A stretch of DNA of 64,000 nt from Planctomycetota bacterium (GCA_016860685.1 BOJX01000001.1:29776-93775), one strand, 5' to 3'; positions 28,913-37,772 are shown, counted from the first letter of the stretch. Translations and numbers: made by a program. The notes: a model not told the origin generated them from the letters alone.

Positions 28913-29149
28913 GTTGTCGCCTCGGCCCGGACTTCGGCAGCACTCGGTCTTCGGATCCGGATTCTTGCAAACCTAAGTGACCGACAGGGCGCTGAGCGCT
29001 TGTCGTTTGACGCCTTTCTCGTCTATCTTGGTGCATATCCGACGTCTCCGGGCGTCACCGTGACGATGCGGACGGGGACGCGGAACGGAAAGGATAAGAA
29101 GTCCGGGTTTCGAACGCCACGGGGTGTAACCCCAACTTAACGGGAGTCC

Positions 29150-30511
29150 GTGATCATGCTTGCCTTGCTGCTAGTCTTGGTTTCCGGGTTGCCTCAGACG
29201 CCGACGACGACGACGCCCGCGGAGCAGACCGCCGATCTCGTGCCCGACATCAAAGCGTTGCTGGCCCGGATGTCCAAGGCCGTCGAGGGCATCCGGTTCG
29301 GCGAGTACGATGTCCAACGCTACGGAGTCGGCAAACCGCTGGACGAGCGCGTCCCGCGCCTGAAGGGCCACGTCGTCTTTCAGCCGCTGACCCCGGACGA
29401 CCCGGTCGGGGCGAAGCTCAACATCCGCGGCGGGTACGAAGACGGATCGTCCAACCCGTTTCACCTGGTCTACGACGGCGAAACCTTCGCGATCCGCTTC
29501 GAGAAAGATGACGTCGTCTTCAAGGGCAAGCCCGCCGAGGACCGCTCCATCATCCGCCGCGAGGAGATCAAACTCGCTCTCGATGAGCTTTTTAACGTCG
29601 CGCGCATGCCTTATCTGCTCCAGCCGACGACGTTTGAATTTGAAGGCCGTCAGACCGTCGGCGGCGTCCCCTGCATCGTCGTCATGCTTTTCTCCGAATC
29701 CGAGGAAAGCCGGCTGCTGCCTCCGGACAGCCTTCAACGCAAGGTCTTCCGCTACCGCTGCTTCATCGCCGAGTCCGATGCGATCCCCCGCCGCATCGAA
29801 TACAAACTCGTTAAGATTCCCGACATCACCGGTGAGCAGGCGGAAACCGGAGTCGTGATGGAGATCACGAACCTCCGCCTGAATCACGATCCCCCGGCCG
29901 ACGCCTTTGCAATGCCGCCGGAACCAAAGAAGGACGTCGCGACGACGCCCGCGCCCGCCGTCCCGGCGCAACCCGCCGCTCCCGAATCCGCGGGGCAGAT
30001 TAAGGACCAGTCCGGACGGAAAAAGCGAGACCGTCTCAGCGTCGGCGACCCGGCCCCGGCGTGGGAACTCGAGGATCTTTCGGGAGCAAAACGCTCGCTC
30101 GCGGAATTCAAGGGTAAGGTCGTGCTGCTGGATTTCTGGGCGACGTGGTGCAAACCCTGCCTGATGGCGGCGCCGGACCTGGAGAAGATTCACGCGAAGT
30201 ACAAGGATAAGGCCTTCGTTCTGCTCGGCGTCAACGTTGAAAATGATCCCGCGCCGGCGAAACGCATGCTTGCGGAGAAAGCAACCGGGTATGCTCATGT
30301 CCTCAAAGCCGCGGAACTGATGCGCGAGTACCGCGTATCCAGCCTGCCGGGGTTCGTCATCATCTCTCCCGACGGCAGGATCGCTCACCGTCAGACCGGG
30401 TTCGGTCCGGGACTGGCCGACCAGTTGGGCAGGATCATCGACGCCGAGTTGGCGAAAACCGCCGCACCGAAGCCTGCGTCGGACGCCGCCGGAAAAACGC
30501 CGACACCCTGA
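29150..30511 (+). CDS. secreted TlpA-like thiol:disulfide oxidoreductase with an uncharacterised N-terminal domain
   Basis: Signal-like N-terminus. The C-terminal thioredoxin fold is GKVVLLDFWATWCKPCLMAAPDL...LPGFVIISPDG. Confidence 0.78.
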   Translation: MIMLALLLVLVSGLPQTPTTTTPAEQTADLVPDIKALLARMSKAVEGIRFGEYDVQRYGVGKPLDERVPRLKGHVVFQPLTPDDPVGAKLNIRGGYEDGSSNPFHLVYDGETFAIRFEKDDVVFKGKPAEDRSIIRREEIKLALDELFNVARMPYLLQPTTFEFEGRQTVGGVPCIVVMLFSESEESRLLPPDSLQRKVFRYRCFIAESDAIPRRIEYKLVKIPDITGEQAETGVVMEITNLRLNHDPPADAFAMPPEPKKDVATTPAPAVPAQPAAPESAGQIKDQSGRKKRDRLSVGDPAPAWELEDLSGAKRSLAEFKGKVVLLDFWATWCKPCLMAAPDLEKIHAKYKDKAFVLLGVNVENDPAPAKRMLAEKATGYAHVLKAAELMREYRVSSLPGFVIISPDGRIAHRQTGFGPGLADQLGRIIDAELAKTAAPKPASDAAGKTPTP

Positions 30512-30614
30512 AGCATCCTCGGCGCCGAGAGGCCGGAGGAAGCGGCCGATCAACTGGAACATGGCGCGGACAATGACGGCAACGTTAAACCACGATCCTC
30601 AAGGAGCACACAGA

Positions 30615-31112
30615 ATGAACACGATCAGAAACGTCACCGGAATCTTTGCTCTTCTGCTGCTTGGCGCCGGGTGCGCTTCGTCGCAGACGTTCGCGGAGTT
30701 CGGAGACCCGCTTCAGGACGCCGACGAGAAGCCCGTCGCGGCGACCGAGATCCTCGCCCACCCCGACGCTTACGCCGACCGCACCGTTCTCGTCAGCGGC
30801 CGCGTCGAAAACGTCTGCCGCATGAAAGGCTGCTGGATGACCCTCGCCGGACGCAACGCCGACGAGAAGCTGATGATCCGCTTCACCTGTCCGATCGAAG
30901 GCCGGCTGATCCCCGTCGAAGCCGTCGGCCGGAAAGCGGTCGTTCGCGGGCAGATCCTCGTCGAGGAGATTTCACAGCCGCAGGCGAGGCACATCGCCGA
31001 GGACGCGGGAAAGTCGGCGGAGGAAGTCGAGAAAATCGTCGGTCCGCAGAAGCAGATCCGCGTCGCGTCCCCCAGCGCCCGCATCTTCGGACTCGATCCG
31101 ACAAAAAACTGA
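30615..31112 (+). CDS. DUF4920-like lipoprotein
   Basis: ATG 30615: MNTIRNVTGIFALLLLGAGC is a lipobox. The VCRMKGCWMTL motif is the one I associate with DUF4920. Confidence 0.6.
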   Translation: MNTIRNVTGIFALLLLGAGCASSQTFAEFGDPLQDADEKPVAATEILAHPDAYADRTVLVSGRVENVCRMKGCWMTLAGRNADEKLMIRFTCPIEGRLIPVEAVGRKAVVRGQILVEEISQPQARHIAEDAGKSAEEVEKIVGPQKQIRVASPSARIFGLDPTKN

Positions 31113-31196
31113 CGGCGGACGTCGGCGCGCCTGCGAACGCCCACGCTGGAGGGAGAAAGGTCCGCCGCCGCGTCTACCCGCGGGAGCATCAGCGCG

Positions 31197-32042
31197 ATGG
31201 GCTTCCTGCTGAACCGCCTGACCGTCCTGCGGGCTTATGCCGAGGAACTCGTCCGCCACGGTTGTCCGCGCGACGAGGACACGGACGCGCCTGTGACGTT
31301 GTTCCTGCTCGACGGAGTCGGGGGTTGGCAGTTCGCGCCGCTGATGATCCGTCGCGTGTTGCGCCAGGCGGGCGCCCGCGCTCACACCGTGCTCTTTGAC
31401 TGGCACGCAGGGTTGCGCGGCGACCTGCTCACCGACCTGATGTGGCGGCGCAAGAACGAAGTTGCGGCCTGCCGTCTTGCACGTGACATCCGCGCCCTGC
31501 AGCGCCGGACCCCCGACCGATCGATCCACCTCGCCGCTTACAGCGGCGGGTGCGGCGTCGCCGTCTTCGCCGCCGAGCGCCTCCGGGAAGATCGTCCGAT
31601 CGCGTCGATGCTCCTGCTTGCGCCCGCGATTTCACCAACGTACGATCTGACCGCGGCCCTCAGCCGCGTGCAACGCTGCGTCGTCGGCGTCAGCCGTCGG
31701 GATCGCTTTCTCCTCGGCCTCGGAACACGCCTCTTCGGGACGATCGACCGCGTTCGCACCGTCTCAGCCGGACAATCCGGTTTTGTCATTCCCAGGCCGT
31801 CCGATCCTGATTGCGCGGACGCCTACCGCCGGCTTCAACAAGTACACTGGGAGCCCGGCTGGTCGGCGCGCCATCATCACGGCGGCCACACCGGCTGGAT
31901 CAATCCGCGATTCCTCGCCGCGCAGCTTCCGCACCTGATGCCCCTCAACGCCTCACAGACCCTGCACCCCACCGAGCCGCGCCCGCCTGTCCTTCACGCC
32001 GACCCGCGATGTCAAGAAAGCGACTTCTTCCGAGCGCCCTGA
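31197..32042 (+). CDS. hypothetical protein, possibly alpha/beta-hydrolase-like
   Basis: 281-aa ORF with reasonable composition. HLAAYSGGCGVAVF resembles a nucleophile elbow (xSxG). Confidence 0.45.
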   Translation: MGFLLNRLTVLRAYAEELVRHGCPRDEDTDAPVTLFLLDGVGGWQFAPLMIRRVLRQAGARAHTVLFDWHAGLRGDLLTDLMWRRKNEVAACRLARDIRALQRRTPDRSIHLAAYSGGCGVAVFAAERLREDRPIASMLLLAPAISPTYDLTAALSRVQRCVVGVSRRDRFLLGLGTRLFGTIDRVRTVSAGQSGFVIPRPSDPDCADAYRRLQQVHWEPGWSARHHHGGHTGWINPRFLAAQLPHLMPLNASQTLHPTEPRPPVLHADPRCQESDFFRAP

Positions 32043-32081
32043 ACCCGGACGACCGAAACACGTCGCCTCCCCGGCACACTC

Positions 32082-33707
32082 TCACGAGTTGTGAACAAGA
32101 CGCCCGCTTTCCTCGATCCGCTCGCGCAACCGCCGCGCCGACGACTCCGACAACTGCCGCGCCGACAGTCGCCACCGCCAGTTGCCCCGCGCCACGCCCG
32201 GACGGTTCATCCGCGCCTCGCCGCCCAGCCGCAGCACGTCCTGCATCGGCAGCATCACAAGGTCCGCCTCCGACTCCAGCAGTCGGCGAATCAGCGCCTC
32301 ATGAACGCCCGAGCGACCGACTCCCGCATAATGCCTCACGCGCTCGAACGTCGCCTCCGGAAGCGACTCCAGCCAGCCCTTCAACGTGTCGTTGTCGTGC
32401 GTTCCGGTGAACCCCACGCACTTCCGCGGATACCCCTCGGGCCGGTGATACCGCGACCCCGCGCTTTCGTCCCCGAACCCGAATTGAAGCACGCGCATCC
32501 CCGGAAACCCGAAAGCATCCCGCAATTCCGCCGCCCGGCGCGTCAGCACACCCAGATCCTCCGCGACAACCGGAAGCTCTCCGAGCCGGTTGCGCAACGC
32601 GGAAAGCAGTCCCTCTCCCGGCGTCCGGATCCAGCGCCCGCGCCGCGCGTCCCGATCCGCCGCCGGAATCGACCACAGCCGGTGCAGCCCGATGAAATGA
32701 TCGAGGCGCACCGCGTCGAACATCTCCAGCGCTCGCCTGAATCGCGCGACCCACCACGCGAAACCTGTCTCAACGTGCGCCCGCCACCGGTATTGCGGAT
32801 GCCCCCAGCGCTGTCCGCGGCGGTTGAACAAGTCCGCCGGAACCCCCGAGACCGTCCGTGGCAGCCCCTTCCGATCCAGCTCGAACAACTCCGGCGACGC
32901 CCAGGCGTCCGCGCTGTCATGCGCCACGAAAAACGGAATATCCCCGAGCAGCGCCACCCCGCGCCGTGACGCCTCGTCGCGCAACCGCCCCCACTGCTCA
33001 TCCAGAATGAACTGACAGAACCGGGAAAACTCGAACGCCTCCTCCGACTCCGTCAGGCGATCCCGGTCCGCCGGCGTCATTCTTCGCGCAGCCCTCGGCC
33101 ACGACGTCCACACCCGCCCGCCGTGGGCGCGCTTCAGGGCGGCGAACGCCGCGAAGTCGTCCACCCACGGCTGCGACGTGACAAAGTGAACGTAATCCAG
33201 CCGGTCGCACAGCCCGGACGCCCGGAACTCTCGGAACGCTTCCCGCAGGAGCGGCATGCGCATCGCCGCCGCCGCCGCGTAGTCCGACCGATCGGACGAG
33301 TCGCCCCTCGCCGCACTTGCCCCCCAACCCTTCACCGCACCCGCCCGCCGAGCCCGCGCCGCCGCCCGACGCACCGTCGCCGCCCGACGCACCGTCGCCG
33401 CCCGACGCACCGTCGCACGATCCAGCAGACCCTGCTCGACCAGATCGTCCAGGTCGATCATCAGCGGACTGGCGGCGAACACAGAGGATGTCTTGTACGG
33501 ACAACCGCTGCGATCCACCGGATGCACCGGCAGCATCATCCACCAGCGAACCCCCGCGGTATGCAGGTAATCAAGAAACCGCCGCGCGCCGCCCAGATCA
33601 CCGCACCCGAACCCGCCCGGAAGCGACGTCACGTGCAGCAGAACCCCGCAGGCACGCTCAGCCGGCGACGGCGACGGCTTCAGGTATTGGCGCAACATCG
33701 GATTCAT
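32082..33707 (-). CDS. malQ: 4-alpha-glucanotransferase (amylomaltase, GH77)
   Basis: ATG 33707 gives MNPMLRQYL...GVLLHVTSLPGGFGCGDLG... Also DHFIGLHRLW, VVAEDLG and GTHDNDT. Confidence 0.9.
   Translation of the reverse strand: MNPMLRQYLKPSPSPAERACGVLLHVTSLPGGFGCGDLGGARRFLDYLHTAGVRWWMMLPVHPVDRSGCPYKTSSVFAASPLMIDLDDLVEQGLLDRATVRRAATVRRAATVRRAAARARRAGAVKGWGASAARGDSSDRSDYAAAAAMRMPLLREAFREFRASGLCDRLDYVHFVTSQPWVDDFAAFAALKRAHGGRVWTSWPRAARRMTPADRDRLTESEEAFEFSRFCQFILDEQWGRLRDEASRRGVALLGDIPFFVAHDSADAWASPELFELDRKGLPRTVSGVPADLFNRRGQRWGHPQYRWRAHVETGFAWWVARFRRALEMFDAVRLDHFIGLHRLWSIPAADRDARRGRWIRTPGEGLLSALRNRLGELPVVAEDLGVLTRRAAELRDAFGFPGMRVLQFGFGDESAGSRYHRPEGYPRKCVGFTGTHDNDTLKGWLESLPEATFERVRHYAGVGRSGVHEALIRRLLESEADLVMLPMQDVLRLGGEARMNRPGVARGNWRWRLSARQLSESSARRLRERIEESGRLVHNS
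33373..33426. repeat. 3 exact tandem copies of an 18-bp unit inside malQ
   Basis: CGCCCGACGCACCGTCGC x3 on the plus strand, encoding (ATVRRA)3 in malQ. Confidence 0.95.
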
Positions 33708-34103
33708 GCCCGCTACCTTACCGCAAACGACCCGCAAGGGAGCGGGCGCCCCCTACCGAGCCGCGACCGTGAGGGAGCTCGCCGCGCGAGCGCGAATGCG
33801 GGATCGACTCCGCCAGGGAGGATCGGAAGGTTCGCTTGCTGACGCGCGCGGCGCCGATCCGCGACCGTGAGGGAGTGCGAGATTCCGGGCTTTCATGCGG
33901 ATTTGAGACCACGTGTGAGGGTTCGGGACTCGGGTGCTCGGGGATCGTGCGGCGGGCGGCGTGAAAAATCAGGCGCGCCTCAAAAAAATCTCTTGACATC
34001 GGGGGGAGGGGGGCTTGGTAAGCTGGTTCGTTGACGCGTACCGGGCAGGTCTGAGGGGGTCGGCTCGACACGGGTGCGGGGCCGCGGGCTTCTGAACGGA
34101 AGG

Positions 34104-34131
34104 GGCTTCAGGCTTCAGGCTTCAGGCTTCG
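34104..34131. repeat. heptamer microsatellite GGCTTCA x3 + GGCTTCG
   Basis: Read directly, within the 800-bp non-coding region upstream of 34540. Confidence 0.95.
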
Positions 34132-34539
34132 GCGCTGAGGGAACTTTCGGCTTCAGTGCTGAGAGGTTTTGCGTCTCCGCATCAGGGAGGCTTCAAGCCT
34201 CCGAAGGGAGGGTCCGCATGAAGCGGGCCTGGCGGTCGATCCCCGTCGCGGACGCGTCCGTCCGGATCTTGATCCGGAACGGCTTGCGGCCGCGTTCTTC
34301 TGGCGGCGCGATTGTTTCTCGCCCCAACGGGGGCATCGTCCGCGCGCCCCGCCGTCCCCCCGATCCTCCCGAACCCGCGGCGCCAACCGTCCAGGATCGT
34401 CATTCCCGATGCCTTGGCGCGCCGCGGGACGGGGGTTCGCGCGGGCTTCAAGCCCGCTCAGAGGGCGATCCAGGGACGTGCATCGTGATGCCGGAACGTT
34501 TCCGGAACTTTTTCCGCATTTTTTCGTGGAGTTGCGAAC

Positions 34540-35070
34540 ATGTTTCATCATAAGATCGTAACGAAGAATGGCGCTTGGACGGCGATCGCGGGGATCGTCG
34601 TCGTGAGCGCGGGGATGGGGGTTTCCCGCGCGACCGGACCGGAGCCGACGCCGACGATGGTGATGGCGACGGAGGTGACGAGGATGATGACGCCGATGAC
34701 GGGGGCGACGGGGGCCGAGCCGATGCCGATGACGATGCCGATGGCGATGCTCGCGCCGTTCACGTGGACGGGCGGCGGCAGCGACCCGGATTACTGGAAC
34801 GAGACGGCGAACTGGTCCGGGGCGGGCGTGGGCTATCCGGATGACAGCTCGGACGACGCGACGTTTTCCGGCAGTTTTGGCTTCGCCGACTTGGACGCCA
34901 GCCGCACGATTGACGACCTCACCGTGGATGACGGCAGCGGGTCGTACTTCCAATCCGACGGTGAGAACAGCCGGACGCTGACCTGCGACACCGTGGTCAT
35001 CAGCGAAGACACAAGCGGCGATTTCGGCGGCGTTCACGTTACCGGACTGGCCGGCATTGAAACCAACTGA
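34540..35070 (+). CDS. secreted hypothetical protein with Met-rich segment
   Basis: N-terminal hydrophobic segment AWTAIAGIVVVSAGMG. 11 Met in residues 40-70 (TMVMATEVTRMMTPMTGATGAEPMPMTMPMAM). Then FTWTGGGSDPDYWNETANWSG. Confidence 0.65.
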   Translation: MFHHKIVTKNGAWTAIAGIVVVSAGMGVSRATGPEPTPTMVMATEVTRMMTPMTGATGAEPMPMTMPMAMLAPFTWTGGGSDPDYWNETANWSGAGVGYPDDSSDDATFSGSFGFADLDASRTIDDLTVDDGSGSYFQSDGENSRTLTCDTVVISEDTSGDFGGVHVTGLAGIETN

Positions 35071-35158
35071 CGCACAGATTTCCGCTCCGGACGGGTCCGG
35101 TCATCGCTTGAACCGGACGCTTTGACGGTCGGGCAGGTCTGGAATTAAGGAACGAGTC

Positions 35159-36358
35159 ATGAGATGCAGGTCGCGGCACGTGGTGTGCTGGGTCGTGTGC
35201 GTGGCGGGGCTGGCTTGCCACGCTCAGGCGCAGGTCAACCTGCCGCCAGGATTCGAGATCGTCGAGTTCGCGGAGAACGACTACGGCATAGCCAACGTGG
35301 ATCTCAACGACTGTGGGCAGGTTGCTTATTCGCAATGGCAGGCATCCAACGGTCACAGCGAGATCTTCGTCTATGACAATGGACGCCTCTTCAGAATCAC
35401 CCAGGGAGACGATCGTAATGTCCATCCTGAAATGAACAACGCAGGGCAGATTATCTGGGGAAGAGGCATTGATCGTAGTTCGGTTACGCAACTTGTGTTA
35501 TACAGTCACGGCCAGGAAACCGTCATTGACGAGAACGTCGACAGCTTCAATGGCTGGTCTATCAACAATGTTGGAAACATTGTGTGGTCGAGAAGCATAA
35601 GTTTGCGCTGCCCTCGGCAGGAGAATCTATTCCAATGGGACGGATCAACGGTGACCCAACTCACGTTCGACGCCGACCGCAGCAATGTGCAACCCAGCCT
35701 CAACGACCATGGTGAATTTGCATGGCCTTATTCGAATTTCTGCGACAATCCGTGGAGTGCGGAGGTTCTCGTTAGATATGCAGATCGGCAGATCACGCTG
35801 CCCTCTCCATACACCCAGAATCAAGCAACGGAGATTACCAACTCCGGTTTCGTGACCTGGCTCTCCACATCCCGGTTAATGCTTTGGACAGGGTCTGAAA
35901 GCAGGCTATTGCTGGAAAGAAGCGGGCGGGCGGCCTTAAACGAGTGGCTTCGGCTGTACGTGACCATTTTCGACTTCGAGAAGACCAGTTGGAACCCGTG
36001 GGTGCTCGATGTAACGGACGAGGGCATGAACATGTTCATGCTCAGGGACAGTGATTACTGGTTTTCCGATGGCTCCGTCAATGAGTGGGGAGAAATCGCG
36101 ACCTCCTGGTCCGAGGATCCTCCAAACAGTCGAAACCGCGGCGCCGTGATGTATCTGCGACGCATCCGCACCGGCGACAGCGAGTTTGACGGCGACATTG
36201 ATCTGCGCGACCACAAGCGGTTGGTTCGAGCGATGACCGGACCCGTCCGGACGGAAGGTCTGTGCGAAGATCGTTTTCTGGACATCAATCACGACGGCGA
36301 TCTGGACCTGGACGACTACGCCAGGCTCCAGAACGCCTTTACCGGGGCGACGCCGTAA
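35159..36358 (+). CDS. secreted repeat protein (six or more N-x-x-G-x-hydrophobic-x-W repeats, propeller-like) with C-terminal dockerin-like module
   Basis: Signal peptide ...VVCVAGLACHAQA. Repeats NDCGQVAYSQW, NNAGQIIWGRG, NNVGNIVWSRS, NDHGEFAWPYS, TNSGFVTWLST, NEWGEIATSWS. C-terminus GDSEFDGDIDLRDHKRLVRAMTGP...DINHDGDLDLDDYARLQNAFTG. GC is visibly lower; a 60-nt sample at 35401-35460 is 52%. Confidence 0.7.
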   Translation: MRCRSRHVVCWVVCVAGLACHAQAQVNLPPGFEIVEFAENDYGIANVDLNDCGQVAYSQWQASNGHSEIFVYDNGRLFRITQGDDRNVHPEMNNAGQIIWGRGIDRSSVTQLVLYSHGQETVIDENVDSFNGWSINNVGNIVWSRSISLRCPRQENLFQWDGSTVTQLTFDADRSNVQPSLNDHGEFAWPYSNFCDNPWSAEVLVRYADRQITLPSPYTQNQATEITNSGFVTWLSTSRLMLWTGSESRLLLERSGRAALNEWLRLYVTIFDFEKTSWNPWVLDVTDEGMNMFMLRDSDYWFSDGSVNEWGEIATSWSEDPPNSRNRGAVMYLRRIRTGDSEFDGDIDLRDHKRLVRAMTGPVRTEGLCEDRFLDINHDGDLDLDDYARLQNAFTGATP

Positions 36359-36382
36359 GTCGCTCCGAAGGAGCATTCAACC

Positions 36383-37393
36383 ATGAGGAACATTCTTGTG
36401 ATTCTGATCGCGGTGCTGACCTGCGCCGCGTGCGCCGGTGAACCGGCGTTCGCCCAACTGACGCAAACCACGTGGCAGGGTGATGTGAATACGAATTGGT
36501 TTGAAGACGACAACTGGTCGGGCAGCGTCGTGCCCGACGACACATTCGAGGTGGTCATTCCCCACAACCCCACAGGCGGGAGTGTTTGGCCTGTCATCGA
36601 CAACAGCGAGGTGGATGCCGAGGCCGGCAAGCTCACGATGACGGTGAGCGGCGGCACGCGGGCGAAGCTGACGATCCAGTCGGGGTCGGTGCTCATTCTC
36701 GGCAACGGCGGAACCTTGACCTCCACCGTGGACGGCGACCTCGTCCTCGGCGACGGCTCGCTGCCTTACGGTAGTCTGAAGATCAACGGCACGCACACCA
36801 TCACCGGGAAGGGCGGGACGATCGAGCTGAAGGAGAAATCCTCGATCATTCCGCTCAACGACACCGACGACCTACTGATCCTCACGGGCGACAGCGGATG
36901 CACCGGGTATCCCGACGACCGCGCGTGCAGCCTGACGGTCTTCGGCATCGGCTACATCGCGGTGCGCCTGGACAACCGGGCGTTCGTCGTCGGGAAGGAC
37001 GCCGGAGGAACGCCGCTGAAGCTCGACGGTTACGACATGACCGGAACCAGCGTGGGCTGGTGGATCGCGGAGAACGGCGGGTCGATCGCCATCGGGACGG
37101 ACATCACCGGCGCCTGCACCTGGCTGACCAAGGCGAACGCCCCCGGCTCCTTTCTGCTGGGTCATACGGACGTGGGCGACGGGTGCGTGGCCGCGACCGG
37201 CGAGGTGATCCTCAAGTCCGGGTTGCTGAGCGTGCTCGACGGTTCGCGGTTCTGCACGTCGGGCAAGCTGACGTGGAAGTCGGTGGACGTGAACGGCACG
37301 CCGTCACAGGCGCAGATCGTCACCACCGGCGCCGCCACGGCGACCTTCGGCCTGGGCAGCGCGAGCTCCTGCACGGCGTGCAACGTCGAGTGA
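36383..37393 (+). CDS. secreted hypothetical protein, beta-helix-like
   Basis: Signal peptide MRNILVILIAVLTCAACAGEPAFA. TTWQGDVNTNWFEDDNWSG parallels the motif in the 34540 protein. The rest of the sequence is rich in Gly, Thr and Ser. Confidence 0.7.
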   Translation: MRNILVILIAVLTCAACAGEPAFAQLTQTTWQGDVNTNWFEDDNWSGSVVPDDTFEVVIPHNPTGGSVWPVIDNSEVDAEAGKLTMTVSGGTRAKLTIQSGSVLILGNGGTLTSTVDGDLVLGDGSLPYGSLKINGTHTITGKGGTIELKEKSSIIPLNDTDDLLILTGDSGCTGYPDDRACSLTVFGIGYIAVRLDNRAFVVGKDAGGTPLKLDGYDMTGTSVGWWIAENGGSIAIGTDITGACTWLTKANAPGSFLLGHTDVGDGCVAATGEVILKSGLLSVLDGSRFCTSGKLTWKSVDVNGTPSQAQIVTTGAATATFGLGSASSCTACNVE

Positions 37394-37537
37394 GGGCGGG
37401 GGTCGAGGGGGGTCAGGACAAGGACAAGGCGCAGACGGAGCGAGGCTCCTGCGCGCTGGCCTCGGCGGGGCAAGCACCTGCTCCTGCTCGACGGACTGCC
37501 CGTAAGGCGGAGCGATGGACCTCCCGAGACTGAACTT

Positions 37538-37573
37538 CCGGGACCACGGAAGGACCGCCTTTCGTGGTCCCGG
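37538..37573 (+). terminator. hairpin downstream of the 36383 gene
   Basis: Perfect 11-bp stem CCGGGACCACG / CGTGGTCCCGG with a 14-nt loop. It is followed by a moderately T-rich stretch, not a clean U-tract. Confidence 0.35.
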
Positions 37574-37674
37574 GATGGTCTTCTGGTTTCCGCCGACCGA
37601 CCGCACGCAACCGCGCCCCTCCCCCGGACGCCGATGACGGCGGGCAATGCCCGCCCCACGCGCTCCAGGCATAG

Positions 37675-37772
37675 CAGCCCGTTGAAAAAGGGGTGCGCGT
37701 CCCTTCGGGACGCGAATTTCATCGGGAAAAACCGGCGTCACAAAGACCGATCCCGGGTTCTTCAACGGGCTG
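37675..37772 (-). mobile_element. structured repeat copy C, MITE-like (12-bp terminal inverted repeats, ATAG on both flanks); 63 nt downstream of the tyrA stop
   Basis: CAGCCCGTTGAA (37675-37686) is the exact reverse complement of TTCAACGGGCTG (37761-37772). ATAG occurs at 37671-37674 and 37773-37776. Internal hairpin at 37696-37714. Confidence 0.55.

Noticed and set aside
33718-34553. ORFs 33718..34071(-) and 34074..34553(+) in the long intergenic region.
   Set aside because: Their composition is Arg/Ser/Pro/Gly-rich with no signal, motif or ribosome-binding site. They are interrupted by the microsatellite and hairpin repeats, so the region is treated as non-coding.
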